Positions 17,343 through 26,672 are shown, numbered from the stretch's first letter. The stretch is 45,426 nucleotides of DNA from an uncultured Desulfobacca sp. (GCA_964487625.1 CAZARS010000002.1:16257-61682); one strand, 5' to 3'. Notes: generated by a model not told the origin, from the letters alone. A program made the numbers and translations.

Positions 17343-18539
17343 CTAACCGGCCAGGCGATACACCTGGTGGCGGGTTTGCGTCAGCCAGACCACTCCCTCG
17401 GGAGTAATGCGGCCGGTGTCTTCAAAGCCGATCATGCCGAGATCGGGCAGGAAAAATTTCGGTTCAAAAGCTACGATCATGTCTTCCTGAAGGGGCCAGG
17501 TGAATTTGGCCCCGATGATGGGGAACTCATCCAGCTCCAGGCCGACGCCATGCCCAACAAAGGGCACCCGATCCTGACCCACCCCCATGAAATGCTCTAG
17601 TTGCCCTGCTGCTTTAACTGCCGCCAGAATTTTATCATAGAGAGCGGCGGGGATTGCGCCCGGTCGGGCTTCCTGGGTAAAAAGGTGAAATAACTGCTGC
17701 ACCAGATCGACGAGCTCCCAGGCTAATGGCGGCAGGTCGCCGATAACGTAGAGACGGGTGGCATCGGCGATATAGCCGTTAATACAAGCGGCCAGATCGA
17801 CGCTGATGGGTTCATTGGAAGCAAACCGCCGCCTGCCGGCCCCTTGAGGGAAACCATGGCTAAAACCGCTGCCACCGCTGGGTGTATCCACATAGGCAGC
17901 CTGGGCCCCGGTTGGCCCCGACAGGATGTGGCCAAAAAACATCTCCAGGTTCCAGGAGCGGGTGCGGACCAGACCTTGATGGCCGGCTTGGCGCAGGCGA
18001 TATTCCAGGGCCGCGGCCAGCTCCAATTCCGACAGGCCCGGTTTTATGAGGGTCGCGGCGGCCTCCAGGGTTTCGCTGAGGATGTGGGCCGCTTGCTCTA
18101 TCTGTTGTATTTCAAAGGGACTTTTCACCATACGTTGCCGGCGGATGACTGGTCCCAGATCTTTGAGGGGGTGCTGGGGGAAAAGACGCTCCTGGAGGCG
18201 GCGATACAGGCTGGCCGGCATGACATCCAACTCCACGCCGATGGGGCCATGGGGACCGAGACCCCGCTGGGCCAGCAGGGCCGGCACTTCCCGGAGATCC
18301 TTATAGTACGCCACCTGATACGGCAGCTCCGAAGCGTCATAGCGGTGGTGGGGCCGCCGGATCAGCAGAAGGGCCTCGCCTTCCAGCCCCAACGCCAGGA
18401 AGCCATCCACGATGATGCCGCTAAAATAGAACAGATCGGCGGCCTGACGGATGAGGGCTAACGTTACTCCGGCCTCCGGTAAACTCGCCTGAAGCAGGCG
18501 CTGCCGTCTCAGAATGTCATCAGGGGGAAGCGGTTCCAC
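17343..18539 (-). CDS. M24 family metallopeptidase (Xaa-Pro aminopeptidase/creatinase-like)
   Basis: RMVKSPFEI, D..(GYIADATR), GHGVGLELDEFP, FEPK and GFED metal ligands. GTG at 18539 after AGGA is the likely start; the track's 18641 start overlaps a divergent promoter. Confidence 0.88.
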   Translation of the reverse strand: MEPLPPDDILRRQRLLQASLPEAGVTLALIRQAADLFYFSGIIVDGFLALGLEGEALLLIRRPHHRYDASELPYQVAYYKDLREVPALLAQRGLGPHGPIGVELDVMPASLYRRLQERLFPQHPLKDLGPVIRRQRMVKSPFEIQQIEQAAHILSETLEAAATLIKPGLSELELAAALEYRLRQAGHQGLVRTRSWNLEMFFGHILSGPTGAQAAYVDTPSGGSGFSHGFPQGAGRRRFASNEPISVDLAACINGYIADATRLYVIGDLPPLAWELVDLVQQLFHLFTQEARPGAIPAALYDKILAAVKAAGQLEHFMGVGQDRVPFVGHGVGLELDEFPIIGAKFTWPLQEDMIVAFEPKFFLPDLGMIGFEDTGRITPEGVVWLTQTRHQVYRLAG

Positions 18540-18600
18540 GGGGTAGTTATTCCTGTAAAAAGAGCCTGGGCAAAATCGCGCCGCCGCCACGGGAAGCTGA

Positions 18601-18629
18601 TTGACAAAACCCAGGGAAAGAATTATTCT
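18601..18629 (+). promoter_or_regulatory. sigma70 promoter of the His-rich peptide gene
   Basis: TTGACA-17 bp-TATTCT, followed by a GAGGAGGT RBS. Confidence 0.65.
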
Positions 18630-18661
18630 TAAATAAAGCAAAAGAGAGGAGGTGAACCTAC

Positions 18662-18823
18662 ATGTGCTGCCACAGCAAAGACAAACATGAGCATGAGCAT
18701 GAACATCAGTCGGTGAAACACACCCATGATGGCCATGAGCACTGCCATGAAGCGGTGCGCCATACCCATGAGCATGTGCACAATGACGGCCATCATGACC
18801 ATGGCCATACCTGTTGTCATTAA
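18662..18823 (+). CDS. Small His/Cys-rich metal-binding peptide (53 aa)
   Basis: Not in the ORF track. MCCHSKDKHEHEHEHQSVKHTHDGHEHCHEAVRHTHEHVHNDGHHDHGHTCCH; 19 His and 5 Cys; near-consensus promoter and RBS. Confidence 0.88.
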   Translation: MCCHSKDKHEHEHEHQSVKHTHDGHEHCHEAVRHTHEHVHNDGHHDHGHTCCH

Positions 18824-18902
18824 AGGAAAGCCACGTCTATCCACAATGGAGCCACGAAGGTTTTATCTGGTCTGTAGACCGGGTGAGAGCTCGTGGCTTT
18901 CC

Positions 18903-19832
18903 TTATTTTCCTCCCCGCTTTTTCTTTTCTGGTTTCTTGGGTGCCAGCGTCTCTAGGGCAGCAGCCACATGGTCTCCGTAGATGCTGAGGATACCCTCAT
19001 GGGCGCCCAAGTCCTCCTGCCACACAATGATCTTCCCTGCAACAATCCCAGACAATTCCTGCTGACAGGCCGCTGCGGCTGCCAAGAGCTGGGGCGAGGC
19101 CGGTCTATCGAGATAATCGGGCAGAGGCACTATCGTCACATTAGTGACCGAGGCTTTTTTCACTGCGGCCAGGGCAGTTTTGATCTCCGGCAGGGCTTGG
19201 CTAGTGCCCAGGAAAAGATTTTTGTCCTTAAATTTGGCCAGCAGCAGGGTATAGAGGGCCAAATACTCCCGCAGGATGGCCGGATTCTTGGAGCCAGCCC
19301 CCAAAATGAGGACGGCCTGGTCTTTGCCTGGAGTAAATATCTGGGACAAAGCGGTGAGAAAGCGCTGGCGGTCCGGGAGTGAGCCCAAAAGGGGTTTCCC
19401 CCAAGCGATTTTCAGGCCGGGGGACTTATGGATCTGGGCCACAAGCTCCTCCTCCGCCCCCCCTGGCAGCAGGCTCAAGGTTTGTACCACCAGTCGCGTT
19501 TGCCCGGCATCTTTTAGCTCCGCCAAGACCTGGGGGAGGGCCATTCCGGCTGCTGGGTCAGGGACAGTTTCCGCTCCAGGGAGCATAGCCCACCGCACCT
19601 CGTGGCCCGGAAACCGTTGTCGCAGTTTGGCCTCCAGAGCCTGACGCACGTTGGCCCGTGGCTCAGGGATAGCCTGGGTTATCAGAACGATGGCCGTGGC
19701 GACCGGCGTGGCCAAGACCGGCGTTATCCTAATCCCAACCAATATCCAGCAGACGAGCAGCCAACCGAACCACCGCCGGAACGGCGGTCGTTGTTGTGGT
19801 GCCGTCTTTCTCCCTCCTGGCCGGCGTACCAT
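18903..19832 (-). CDS. Exported CbiK-like (class II chelatase fold) protein lacking the catalytic histidines
   Basis: CbiK-like blocks FPGHEVRWA, LVVQTLSLLPG, GKPLL, VLILGAGS and DLGAHEGILSIYGDH. N-terminal RR-containing signal FRRWFGWLLVCWILVG...VLA. ATG 19832 is preferred. Confidence 0.65.
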   Translation of the reverse strand: MVRRPGGRKTAPQQRPPFRRWFGWLLVCWILVGIRITPVLATPVATAIVLITQAIPEPRANVRQALEAKLRQRFPGHEVRWAMLPGAETVPDPAAGMALPQVLAELKDAGQTRLVVQTLSLLPGGAEEELVAQIHKSPGLKIAWGKPLLGSLPDRQRFLTALSQIFTPGKDQAVLILGAGSKNPAILREYLALYTLLLAKFKDKNLFLGTSQALPEIKTALAAVKKASVTNVTIVPLPDYLDRPASPQLLAAAAACQQELSGIVAGKIIVWQEDLGAHEGILSIYGDHVAAALETLAPKKPEKKKRGGK

Positions 19833-19848
19833 GATCCTGTTTCGTTGT

Positions 19849-20706
19849 TTATGGAGCCACGGGCGAGGATGGTTCATCGGTAGCCTCGGTCTGGGGCACG
19901 AAGCGGCGGCCCAGGAGACGGATCACCAGAATACTGATCTCGTACATGCCGTAAAGGGGGAGGGCCACCATGATCATGGTAATGACGTCGGCATGAAAGG
20001 CCGCGACGATGAGGCTGAGGAGGATGGCCAGGCGGCGTTGCCGGACCAGAAAATCCAGTTGTACGAGCCCCAGCCGAGCCAAAATTAAGAGGATGAGGGG
20101 CAGCTCAAAGATGAGGCCAAAGAGCAAAAGCAGCCGCAGGCAGAAATTCACGTATTGGGTCAGGTTCAAGAGGGGGTAGAGAGACGGGCTTTCGTACCCC
20201 AAGGAAAACGCCACGATGAGGGGCCAGACAATGTAAAGGAAGAAGAGGTCACCGGCTATGAAGGCCACCGTGCCCACGGGGACGAAAAGGTAAACATATT
20301 TCTTTTCGTGGGCATACAGGCCCGGCGCAATAAATCGCCAGGTCTGGTAGAGGATCACCGGCAGAGCCAGGATAAAGCCCATGATGAGGGAAAGTTTCAT
20401 CTGGACAAAAAAAGGCTCCAAGGGGGCCATATAATTGAGGCGCCGGCTGGTGTTGTCCACGGTGGGTGGCTCCATGGCGAGTTTGTCGGCCAGTTGCGGG
20501 AAACTCTGGCTTAGTTTAGTAACTACCTTGTATTGCAACTGTTTAATGGGGGACGGTTGGGTGAGCGGGCGTTGGATGACGGTGAGAGCCGAAAAGGCAA
20601 AAGTCCAGGCCAGGCCCATGCCGATAAACAGGGCAATGAGGGAGATGATCAGGCGTTGGCGCAGCTCCTGGAGATGTTCCAGGAAAGGCATTTCCGGGTC
20701 GGTCAC
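19849..20706 (-). CDS. tatC: Twin-arginine translocase subunit TatC
   Basis: MPFLEHLQELR, EPFFVQMK, QTWRFIAPGLYAHEK, FELP and MYEISI; six TM segments. Confidence 0.93.
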   Translation of the reverse strand: MTDPEMPFLEHLQELRQRLIISLIALFIGMGLAWTFAFSALTVIQRPLTQPSPIKQLQYKVVTKLSQSFPQLADKLAMEPPTVDNTSRRLNYMAPLEPFFVQMKLSLIMGFILALPVILYQTWRFIAPGLYAHEKKYVYLFVPVGTVAFIAGDLFFLYIVWPLIVAFSLGYESPSLYPLLNLTQYVNFCLRLLLLFGLIFELPLILLILARLGLVQLDFLVRQRRLAILLSLIVAAFHADVITMIMVALPLYGMYEISILVIRLLGRRFVPQTEATDEPSSPVAP

Positions 20707-21413
20707 GACGGGGATCCGCTACTCTCTGCTATACCCTGGCCGGTTAACAGGTAATAGGGGGCGCCGCCACAAATCCGGCACAGGGGCTGTTCAGGGGTCC
20801 CCACTGCCCGGGGGGCCATGAGTTGTTCGCCGCAGCGACTGCAGAGCACCGATTCATAGATACGGGCGTATTCTGGCGGCTCGATGTGGAGATGTTGAAT
20901 AGTGCATTGTTCTTCCAGGGGTACGTTGAGCTCCCGGCGGGCGATGGCCTCCCAGAGGTGCTCAAAGCGGTGCCAATCTTCCGGGGTGCCCTGGCGTTGC
21001 ACCACGATTTTCTGAAACAAGGGTTCGGCCGCGGGATAGCGGGAAAACATCTGTTCCCGATAATCTGGCCGCACCACCAGGCGCACGGCCTGGCCGTCCT
21101 CCCGCCGGGCCACGGTCACCGCAGTCTTGCCCAGGTCCTTGAAGATTAAGGCATTATTGCCAAAGGTGCAGCCCGTCACCACCTGGATGCCATCCGTAAA
21201 ACAATTGTTGCATTCCACGATGGCAATGATCTCCTCCATGCCGGTATTGGGCCGATCCAGGGTGACCATGGCATATTGTCCAGCCTTCACCCCCAGGGAC
21301 ACAAAGGGGCACAGATGGCCATGAAAAGATTCGGCCAAACGGAGCAACCCTCCCAGGTCACCGCTCCGGATGAGGGCCTCAATGTGACGGCGACCATGGC
21401 CATGTTCGTGCAT
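20703..21413 (-). CDS. FmdE-family protein with a C-terminal C4 zinc finger
   Basis: FHGHLCP, ECNNCFTDGIQVVTGCTFGNN and CSRCGE...CRIC. ATG 21413 follows GAGGAGGAG; N-terminus MHEHGHG. Its stop overlaps the tatC GTG. Confidence 0.88.
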   Translation of the reverse strand: MHEHGHGRRHIEALIRSGDLGGLLRLAESFHGHLCPFVSLGVKAGQYAMVTLDRPNTGMEEIIAIVECNNCFTDGIQVVTGCTFGNNALIFKDLGKTAVTVARREDGQAVRLVVRPDYREQMFSRYPAAEPLFQKIVVQRQGTPEDWHRFEHLWEAIARRELNVPLEEQCTIQHLHIEPPEYARIYESVLCSRCGEQLMAPRAVGTPEQPLCRICGGAPYYLLTGQGIAESSGSPS

Positions 21414-21546
21414 AGCTCCTCCTCTCCAAGCTGGGAACCGGCGGCATGCCTCACTACCTAGGGGCTGGGCCAGCGGCTGCGCCACGGCGGTATGCGACCG
21501 GAGCCGCAAGACCGGCCAAGCCCCCCTTGTCCAAGGTACTGTTACC

Positions 21547-21575
21547 ATAGTATCGCAAGGCCATCGTTTTGGCAA
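21547..21575 (-). promoter_or_regulatory. sigma70 promoter of the fmdE-tatC-cbiK-like operon
   Basis: TTGCCA-17 bp-TACTAT on the minus strand. Confidence 0.55.
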
Positions 21576-21861
21576 TGGAAATTGGGCAGGCCGTTAGGTC
21601 GAGAAGACAAAAGAGGCAAGTCGGCTCTGGGCTGCCATAATATGGCAAGAGGCATCCCCTGTATTTGGCAGACCACGCCGCCATCAACTGGCTCGGTTTT
21701 CAAGTTCCCCTGGCCCACCCGTCCTGCCTGAGGGCGGAATGGGCTGGCCCAAGACGGTTGCCAGAGGGAGGCTCAGCCAGATCAAAACCCTTGGGAGCCG
21801 GCACCCAGCCAGATAATGCTTCCCTCCCAGCGAGGGGTCTTTCTCAAGCGCAGGAAGTCAA

Positions 21862-23013
21862 TTAAACCAGCCGGAGTTGGCCAGCTCCTCTGGCCGGAGC
21901 TGGCTCACCCTCGGCAGCCGCTTGCACCTGCATTTTTTTTGCCCTTTTTTCTTCATACATGGCGGCATCGGCCTCGGCCAGCATTTCCTTCAGAGAAGTA
22001 TGTTTTTTCGGGTCATAGTGGGAGAAGCCGATGCTGAGAGACAAGTTAAAGGGATGTTCGGGGAGAGCGTTGTATTGCTCCACATGTTTTTCCAATCTTT
22101 CCCTTAGGACCTTACTACACTGAAAGTCTTTACAGATATGCAGGACGGCAAATTCATCACCCCCCAGGCGGCCGATTATATCGGATTGGCGATAGGCTGC
22201 CTGTAAAATCTGGGCTGTAGCAATAATGGCTCGGTCGCCCATGGCGTGGCCAAAGGTGTCATTAATATATTTCAGATCATCCAGATCAATAAACATCAGG
22301 GTTAGGTTGCCGAAATGCCGTTCCGCAATTTTGAATTGATGCTCCGCCAGGGTCATGAAGCCCCGGTGATTATACAAACCGGTGAGACTGTCCTGCAATG
22401 ACAGGGCCTGGAGTTCCTCGGCCTGTTTTTCCAATAATGCTTTGGCCTTAGCCAACTCCTGATTGGCAGCCTCCAATTCCTGGTTCTTGGCCACGGCGCT
22501 TTCGAAGGTGGAAATCAGCAGTGAGAGGATCTGGCCAGGATCAGAATCGATATAGTGTTTCTGACCGCCAAAAATAATTTCTAGCCCCCGTTCACTTTTT
22601 TCTACTTTTTTGACTTTTTTGTTGTGGAGGATAAATTCGATCCGTCGGAGTAATAAGTAATCATTATATGGTTTGGTGATGAAATTTTCGGCCCCGCATT
22701 TCAGACCGTGCATCACATCTTCCATGCTGGACAGGGAGGTTAATAAAACCACCGGAATCTCTTGCAATTTGGGGTCGCTCTTGACCTTTTGGCAGAGTTC
22801 GAACCCATTCATATGGGGCATCATGATGTCGCTGATGATGAGATCGGGGCGATAATGTTCCAGGACGGCCAAGGCCTCTTTCCCGTGGCGGGCCCACGTT
22901 ACCCTGAATCCCTCTTTTTCCAAGGTGTACTTCAGCCGTTCGGCTTGGGTGGGACTGTCCTCCACAATGAGAATTTCTACATTTTCAGCAAACTGAAGAA
23001 ATGGTTTGGACAT
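21862..23013 (-). CDS. Response regulator diguanylate cyclase (REC-coiled coil-GGDEF, WspR-like output)
   Basis: REC domain (VEDS, IISDIMMP, FITKP); DSLTGLYN; RQSD I-site and GRLGGDEF. The start could also be 23028 or 23055. Confidence 0.93.
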   Translation of the reverse strand: MSKPFLQFAENVEILIVEDSPTQAERLKYTLEKEGFRVTWARHGKEALAVLEHYRPDLIISDIMMPHMNGFELCQKVKSDPKLQEIPVVLLTSLSSMEDVMHGLKCGAENFITKPYNDYLLLRRIEFILHNKKVKKVEKSERGLEIIFGGQKHYIDSDPGQILSLLISTFESAVAKNQELEAANQELAKAKALLEKQAEELQALSLQDSLTGLYNHRGFMTLAEHQFKIAERHFGNLTLMFIDLDDLKYINDTFGHAMGDRAIIATAQILQAAYRQSDIIGRLGGDEFAVLHICKDFQCSKVLRERLEKHVEQYNALPEHPFNLSLSIGFSHYDPKKHTSLKEMLAEADAAMYEEKRAKKMQVQAAAEGEPAPARGAGQLRLV

Positions 23014-23061
23014 GGTCTCGATCTCCATGTAGGGATGACTAACCGTGACCGGCAAAAGCCC

Positions 23062-24117
23062 TTATGATAAGGTATTGCCGAACCGATTGACCGTTCTGTT
23101 AATAATCCGGGCGATTTCGGCAGGGGAAGCCACATGGGTGGCGGCCCCCAATTTTACCGCTTCCCCGGGCATGCCATAGATGACTGCACTATCTTGATCC
23201 TGGGCAATGGTCACCGCTCCCAAGTCACGTAAAAGTTTCAGTTCCGCCGCCCCATCTCTCCCCATGCCGGAGAGGAGGACCCCCACGGCATTCCGCCCGA
23301 AAGTAGAGGCAACACTGCGGAATAAGAAGGATACGGCTGGCCGCAAGCCATTCTCCGGCGGCGCCTCGCTGAGTACTAGGCGTCCGCCCCCATCCACTCC
23401 CAAATGAAAGCCATCGGGAGCCACATAGGCCTGACCAGGCACCATTCTTACCTGGGCGGTCGCCAAACTCACAGGGAATTGGGTGGTTTTTACGAGCCAA
23501 TCCACAAAGCCCTGAACAAAACCGGGGGAAATGTGTTGGACAATGAGCACTGGTGCGGCCAGAGACTTATCCAATAAGCCCAAGATGGTTTGGATGACTT
23601 GCGGGCCGCCGGTGGATGCGCCGATGGCTACAACCCCATCCCTAATCTTGCCTTTATTTTCCTCAACGATTGCGAGTTTACTACCGGCCGGGCGGGCCAA
23701 ATTGCGGCGGCGGATGACTTTTACTTCGGACATTAAGCGAATGGTCTGGAGAAACTCGTTGGTTGCCGCTTCAAATTGGGGGTGGCCCAGACCCACCGGT
23801 TTGGCCAAGATTGCCAGCGCCCCAGCCTCCACCGCCTTAAAAGTGGTGGCAAGTTCCTGTGGGCTCAGACTGGCGCTGGCAATGACAATGGGCGTGGGCG
23901 TCTCTTCCATGATCTGTCGGGTGGCTCGAAAGCCGTCCAAAACCGGCATATTGCTATCCATGACGACAATGTGCGGCTTTAACTGTTTGACGGCTTGTAC
24001 GGCCTCGGCGCCATTGGACGCCACCCCCACCACCTCCATGTCCGGTTGCTGATTAATCAGGTGGGTCAGATATTCCCGCATCACCAGGGAGTCTTCTGCA
24101 ATCATTACCCGTATCAT
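23062..24117 (-). CDS. cheB: Chemotaxis methylesterase CheB (REC + esterase)
   Basis: GASTGGP, VQHI, RPAVSFLFRS, LSGMGRDGA and YGMPGEA. Confidence 0.95.
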   Translation of the reverse strand: MIRVMIAEDSLVMREYLTHLINQQPDMEVVGVASNGAEAVQAVKQLKPHIVVMDSNMPVLDGFRATRQIMEETPTPIVIASASLSPQELATTFKAVEAGALAILAKPVGLGHPQFEAATNEFLQTIRLMSEVKVIRRRNLARPAGSKLAIVEENKGKIRDGVVAIGASTGGPQVIQTILGLLDKSLAAPVLIVQHISPGFVQGFVDWLVKTTQFPVSLATAQVRMVPGQAYVAPDGFHLGVDGGGRLVLSEAPPENGLRPAVSFLFRSVASTFGRNAVGVLLSGMGRDGAAELKLLRDLGAVTIAQDQDSAVIYGMPGEAVKLGAATHVASPAEIARIINRTVNRFGNTLS

Positions 24118-24131
24118 GACCCTGGCTCCCG

Positions 24132-26549
24132 TTAAATTAACTGCTGGATGATGGTCAGGAGGTTGCCTTGATCGAAGCTACTCTTTACCAGATAGGCATT
24201 GGCGCCCACCTCGATACCCTTCTTGCGATCTTCAGGAGATTCCAGTGCCGTGACCAACACCACCGGCAGGTCAGCCAAGCGTTTGTCGGCACGAATCCGC
24301 GCCGTCAATTCAAAACCATTCATCCGGGGCATTTCCACATCGGAAACGACCAGATCAAAGTGTTCCTCTTGCAGGGCAGAAAAGCCCTCCACGCCGTCTA
24401 CCGCGGTCTGCACCCGGTAACCGGCCAATTCCAAGATATTTTTCAAGAGCGTCCGGGCGGTAATGGAGTCTTCGGCCACCAGAATGGACTTGACCTGCTG
24501 TTCCGCTTTGGTCGGGGCCGGGGGCAAGGCCATCTTCAGGCTGGCAGTCCTCTTAATGGCTGATTTTACCAAATCACTAACATTGAGAATGGGCACCACG
24601 ACTCCAGAGCCGAGGACCGTGGCCCCGGCAATATTGGGCACCCGCAGGAGCTGGGAGCCGAGATTCTTGACCAACACTTCCTGTTCATTGATCACCGCCG
24701 CCACATGAAAACCGAGACGCTGGCCGCTGACATTCAACACCAGGACTGTGAGAAAACTACCCTGCCCCTGGCCGGTATCCTGAGGTGGCAAACCCAGAAT
24801 GTCGGCCAAGGAGACCAGCGCCAGGGGTTGGCCATTCAGTAAAATAGTCTCTCTCCGGTCCACAGTTTTAATTTCGTCCACTTTGACCCGCACCACCCGT
24901 TCCAGGTGTGTTGTGGGGATGACAAAAAGCCGGTCACTCACCTTGATGAGGGTGCCGCGGAAAGTTGCTAGCGTCAGGGGGAGGATCAAGCGGAAGACCG
25001 TGCCCTGGCCTTGGACGGACTCAACGTGCAGGGTCCCCCCTAATTTCTCTACCTTTTCCTGGACAATGGCCAGGCCGAGGCCACGCCCGGAGATGGTAGT
25101 GATAATGGGCGAGGTGGAGACGCCGGAGCGGAATATCAATTGCTGGGCGTCTTCCGGGGACAAGGCATCGGCCTCTGCCTGGGTGAGGAGACCATGTTTG
25201 ACCGCGGCGGCTTTGACCCTCTCAGGGTTGATACCACAACCGTCATCGGCCACACAAATTTCCACCTTGCCACTATCCCGTTGGGCAATGGTAATACTCA
25301 ACTGGCCTTGCTCCGCTTTACCGTGGCGCACCCGCATTTCCGGGGGCTCCAAGCCATGGTCAATGCTATTGCGGACCAAATGCATTAGGGGGTCTTTGAT
25401 TTCTTGGAGAATGCGGCGATCAATCTCCACCTCCCGGCCCCGGATAGTGAAATCTATTTTTTTCCCTTGTTCACGGGCCAAGTCCCGGACGAATCGGGGA
25501 AAGGTCTCCAATAACATCGAGAATGGCAGCATTAGGATTTTTTTGACATCATCCAGGAGGTTATCCACTAGACCGCCAATAACCCTGGTATCTTGTTGGG
25601 CGGCCCGCATCATGGGGGTCAGCTTATGTTCCAGCCTCTTGATCAGCTCGGCATTCCATTCCAAAAATTCGGTCAGTTGGCTGGCTACTCGCCCCCAAGT
25701 GGCCTGAAGATTGCCATTGCCATCACCACTGGCCAGACGTTTGAGTTCCCGCAGGCGCGGTTGGACCTTGGCCCACTGTTTCTGCCAGGTTTCAAATTCC
25801 AAAACGGTTTCTCGGAGTTCGGCGGCCCGCTGTCCGGCGATGAGTTTGGCGGCGATAAATTCTTCCGCCTCCAGGAGGAGGGCGTCCAACTTGGCCGCGG
25901 CTACGCGGATGGTCTCGGCCATGACCGGTTTGTCGGCCACTGTGTGGCTGGGGAGGTCTGGCAAGGGACGGGGCACCGCTGAAGTCACGGGCTGCTGTGG
26001 CTGCTGGGGGGGCGGCGCTTGGGGCGCCTCTGGAGCCGTCGTGACCTGGGGCTCCGGCGCCGATGGAGGGGGCGGCGCCGGCGGTTCCGGCCCTTTCTGG
26101 GGTGGTTCTGCCTTCGCAGCCAGCGGGGGCTCCTCCCCAATCAATAAGGCCTGGTTCAGGCGTTTGGTCATCTCCTGGGCTTCGTTGCACAGACCGGCAG
26201 AAAGGCCTTTCTCTGCTTGATTGACCAGTTTTTCCAAGACGGTGATGGCCTGTTGCACCAGATCCAGGCCAGCGGCCGTGGGAGGGTTGGCTTGGCGTTT
26301 CCAGGAAGCCAAGAGACTTTCCAAAGGTTGACAGAGTGTCTCAATCTCCCGGAGATTAACCGCTCGGGCCGCACCTTTAAGGCTATGGGCTTCCCGATAG
26401 ATCGTTTCGATGATCTGGGTCCGGTCTGAGGAGGAGGTGCCCTGTTCCAGGGTCAGTAGGCCATCAGCAATGGCTTGCAGATGCTCAACTGCTTCCCCTC
26501 TAAAGGTGGCTAAAAGCCTTTGAAAAAATTCATCTTCGTGGATACTCAT
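24132..26549 (-). CDS. cheA: Hybrid CheA-REC histidine kinase (WspE-like)
   Basis: HPt REAHSLKG, Pro-rich linker, HLVRNSIDHG, DDGCG, SGRGLGL, CheW-like domain and C-terminal REC. Confidence 0.95.
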   Translation of the reverse strand: MSIHEDEFFQRLLATFRGEAVEHLQAIADGLLTLEQGTSSSDRTQIIETIYREAHSLKGAARAVNLREIETLCQPLESLLASWKRQANPPTAAGLDLVQQAITVLEKLVNQAEKGLSAGLCNEAQEMTKRLNQALLIGEEPPLAAKAEPPQKGPEPPAPPPPSAPEPQVTTAPEAPQAPPPQQPQQPVTSAVPRPLPDLPSHTVADKPVMAETIRVAAAKLDALLLEAEEFIAAKLIAGQRAAELRETVLEFETWQKQWAKVQPRLRELKRLASGDGNGNLQATWGRVASQLTEFLEWNAELIKRLEHKLTPMMRAAQQDTRVIGGLVDNLLDDVKKILMLPFSMLLETFPRFVRDLAREQGKKIDFTIRGREVEIDRRILQEIKDPLMHLVRNSIDHGLEPPEMRVRHGKAEQGQLSITIAQRDSGKVEICVADDGCGINPERVKAAAVKHGLLTQAEADALSPEDAQQLIFRSGVSTSPIITTISGRGLGLAIVQEKVEKLGGTLHVESVQGQGTVFRLILPLTLATFRGTLIKVSDRLFVIPTTHLERVVRVKVDEIKTVDRRETILLNGQPLALVSLADILGLPPQDTGQGQGSFLTVLVLNVSGQRLGFHVAAVINEQEVLVKNLGSQLLRVPNIAGATVLGSGVVVPILNVSDLVKSAIKRTASLKMALPPAPTKAEQQVKSILVAEDSITARTLLKNILELAGYRVQTAVDGVEGFSALQEEHFDLVVSDVEMPRMNGFELTARIRADKRLADLPVVLVTALESPEDRKKGIEVGANAYLVKSSFDQGNLLTIIQQLI

Positions 26550-26672
26550 AGTCAGACCAGTTTGCTGAAGATACGATGACCGTTGTGGCCCCGCAAGAGG
26601 GCAAAAGACCCCGCAGTCAAGGTCGACCAGGGTACAAGTTGCTGCCTTTGCTCATGTCTCCATGCTATAAAT

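Noticed and set aside
18583-18598. Cobalamin riboswitch B12-box (GCCACGGGAAG)
   Set aside because: Only a short fragment; it lies upstream of the -35 box and the rest of the riboswitch consensus is absent.
18629-18956. Met-rich ORFs 18629..18844 (-) and 18726..18956 (+)
   Set aside because: These are shadows of the CAT/CAC-rich His peptide gene, which has the promoter and RBS.
21414-21575. 54-aa N-terminal extension of FmdE from TTG 21575
   Set aside because: That TTG is the -35 box of the predicted promoter; a strong RBS precedes ATG 21413.
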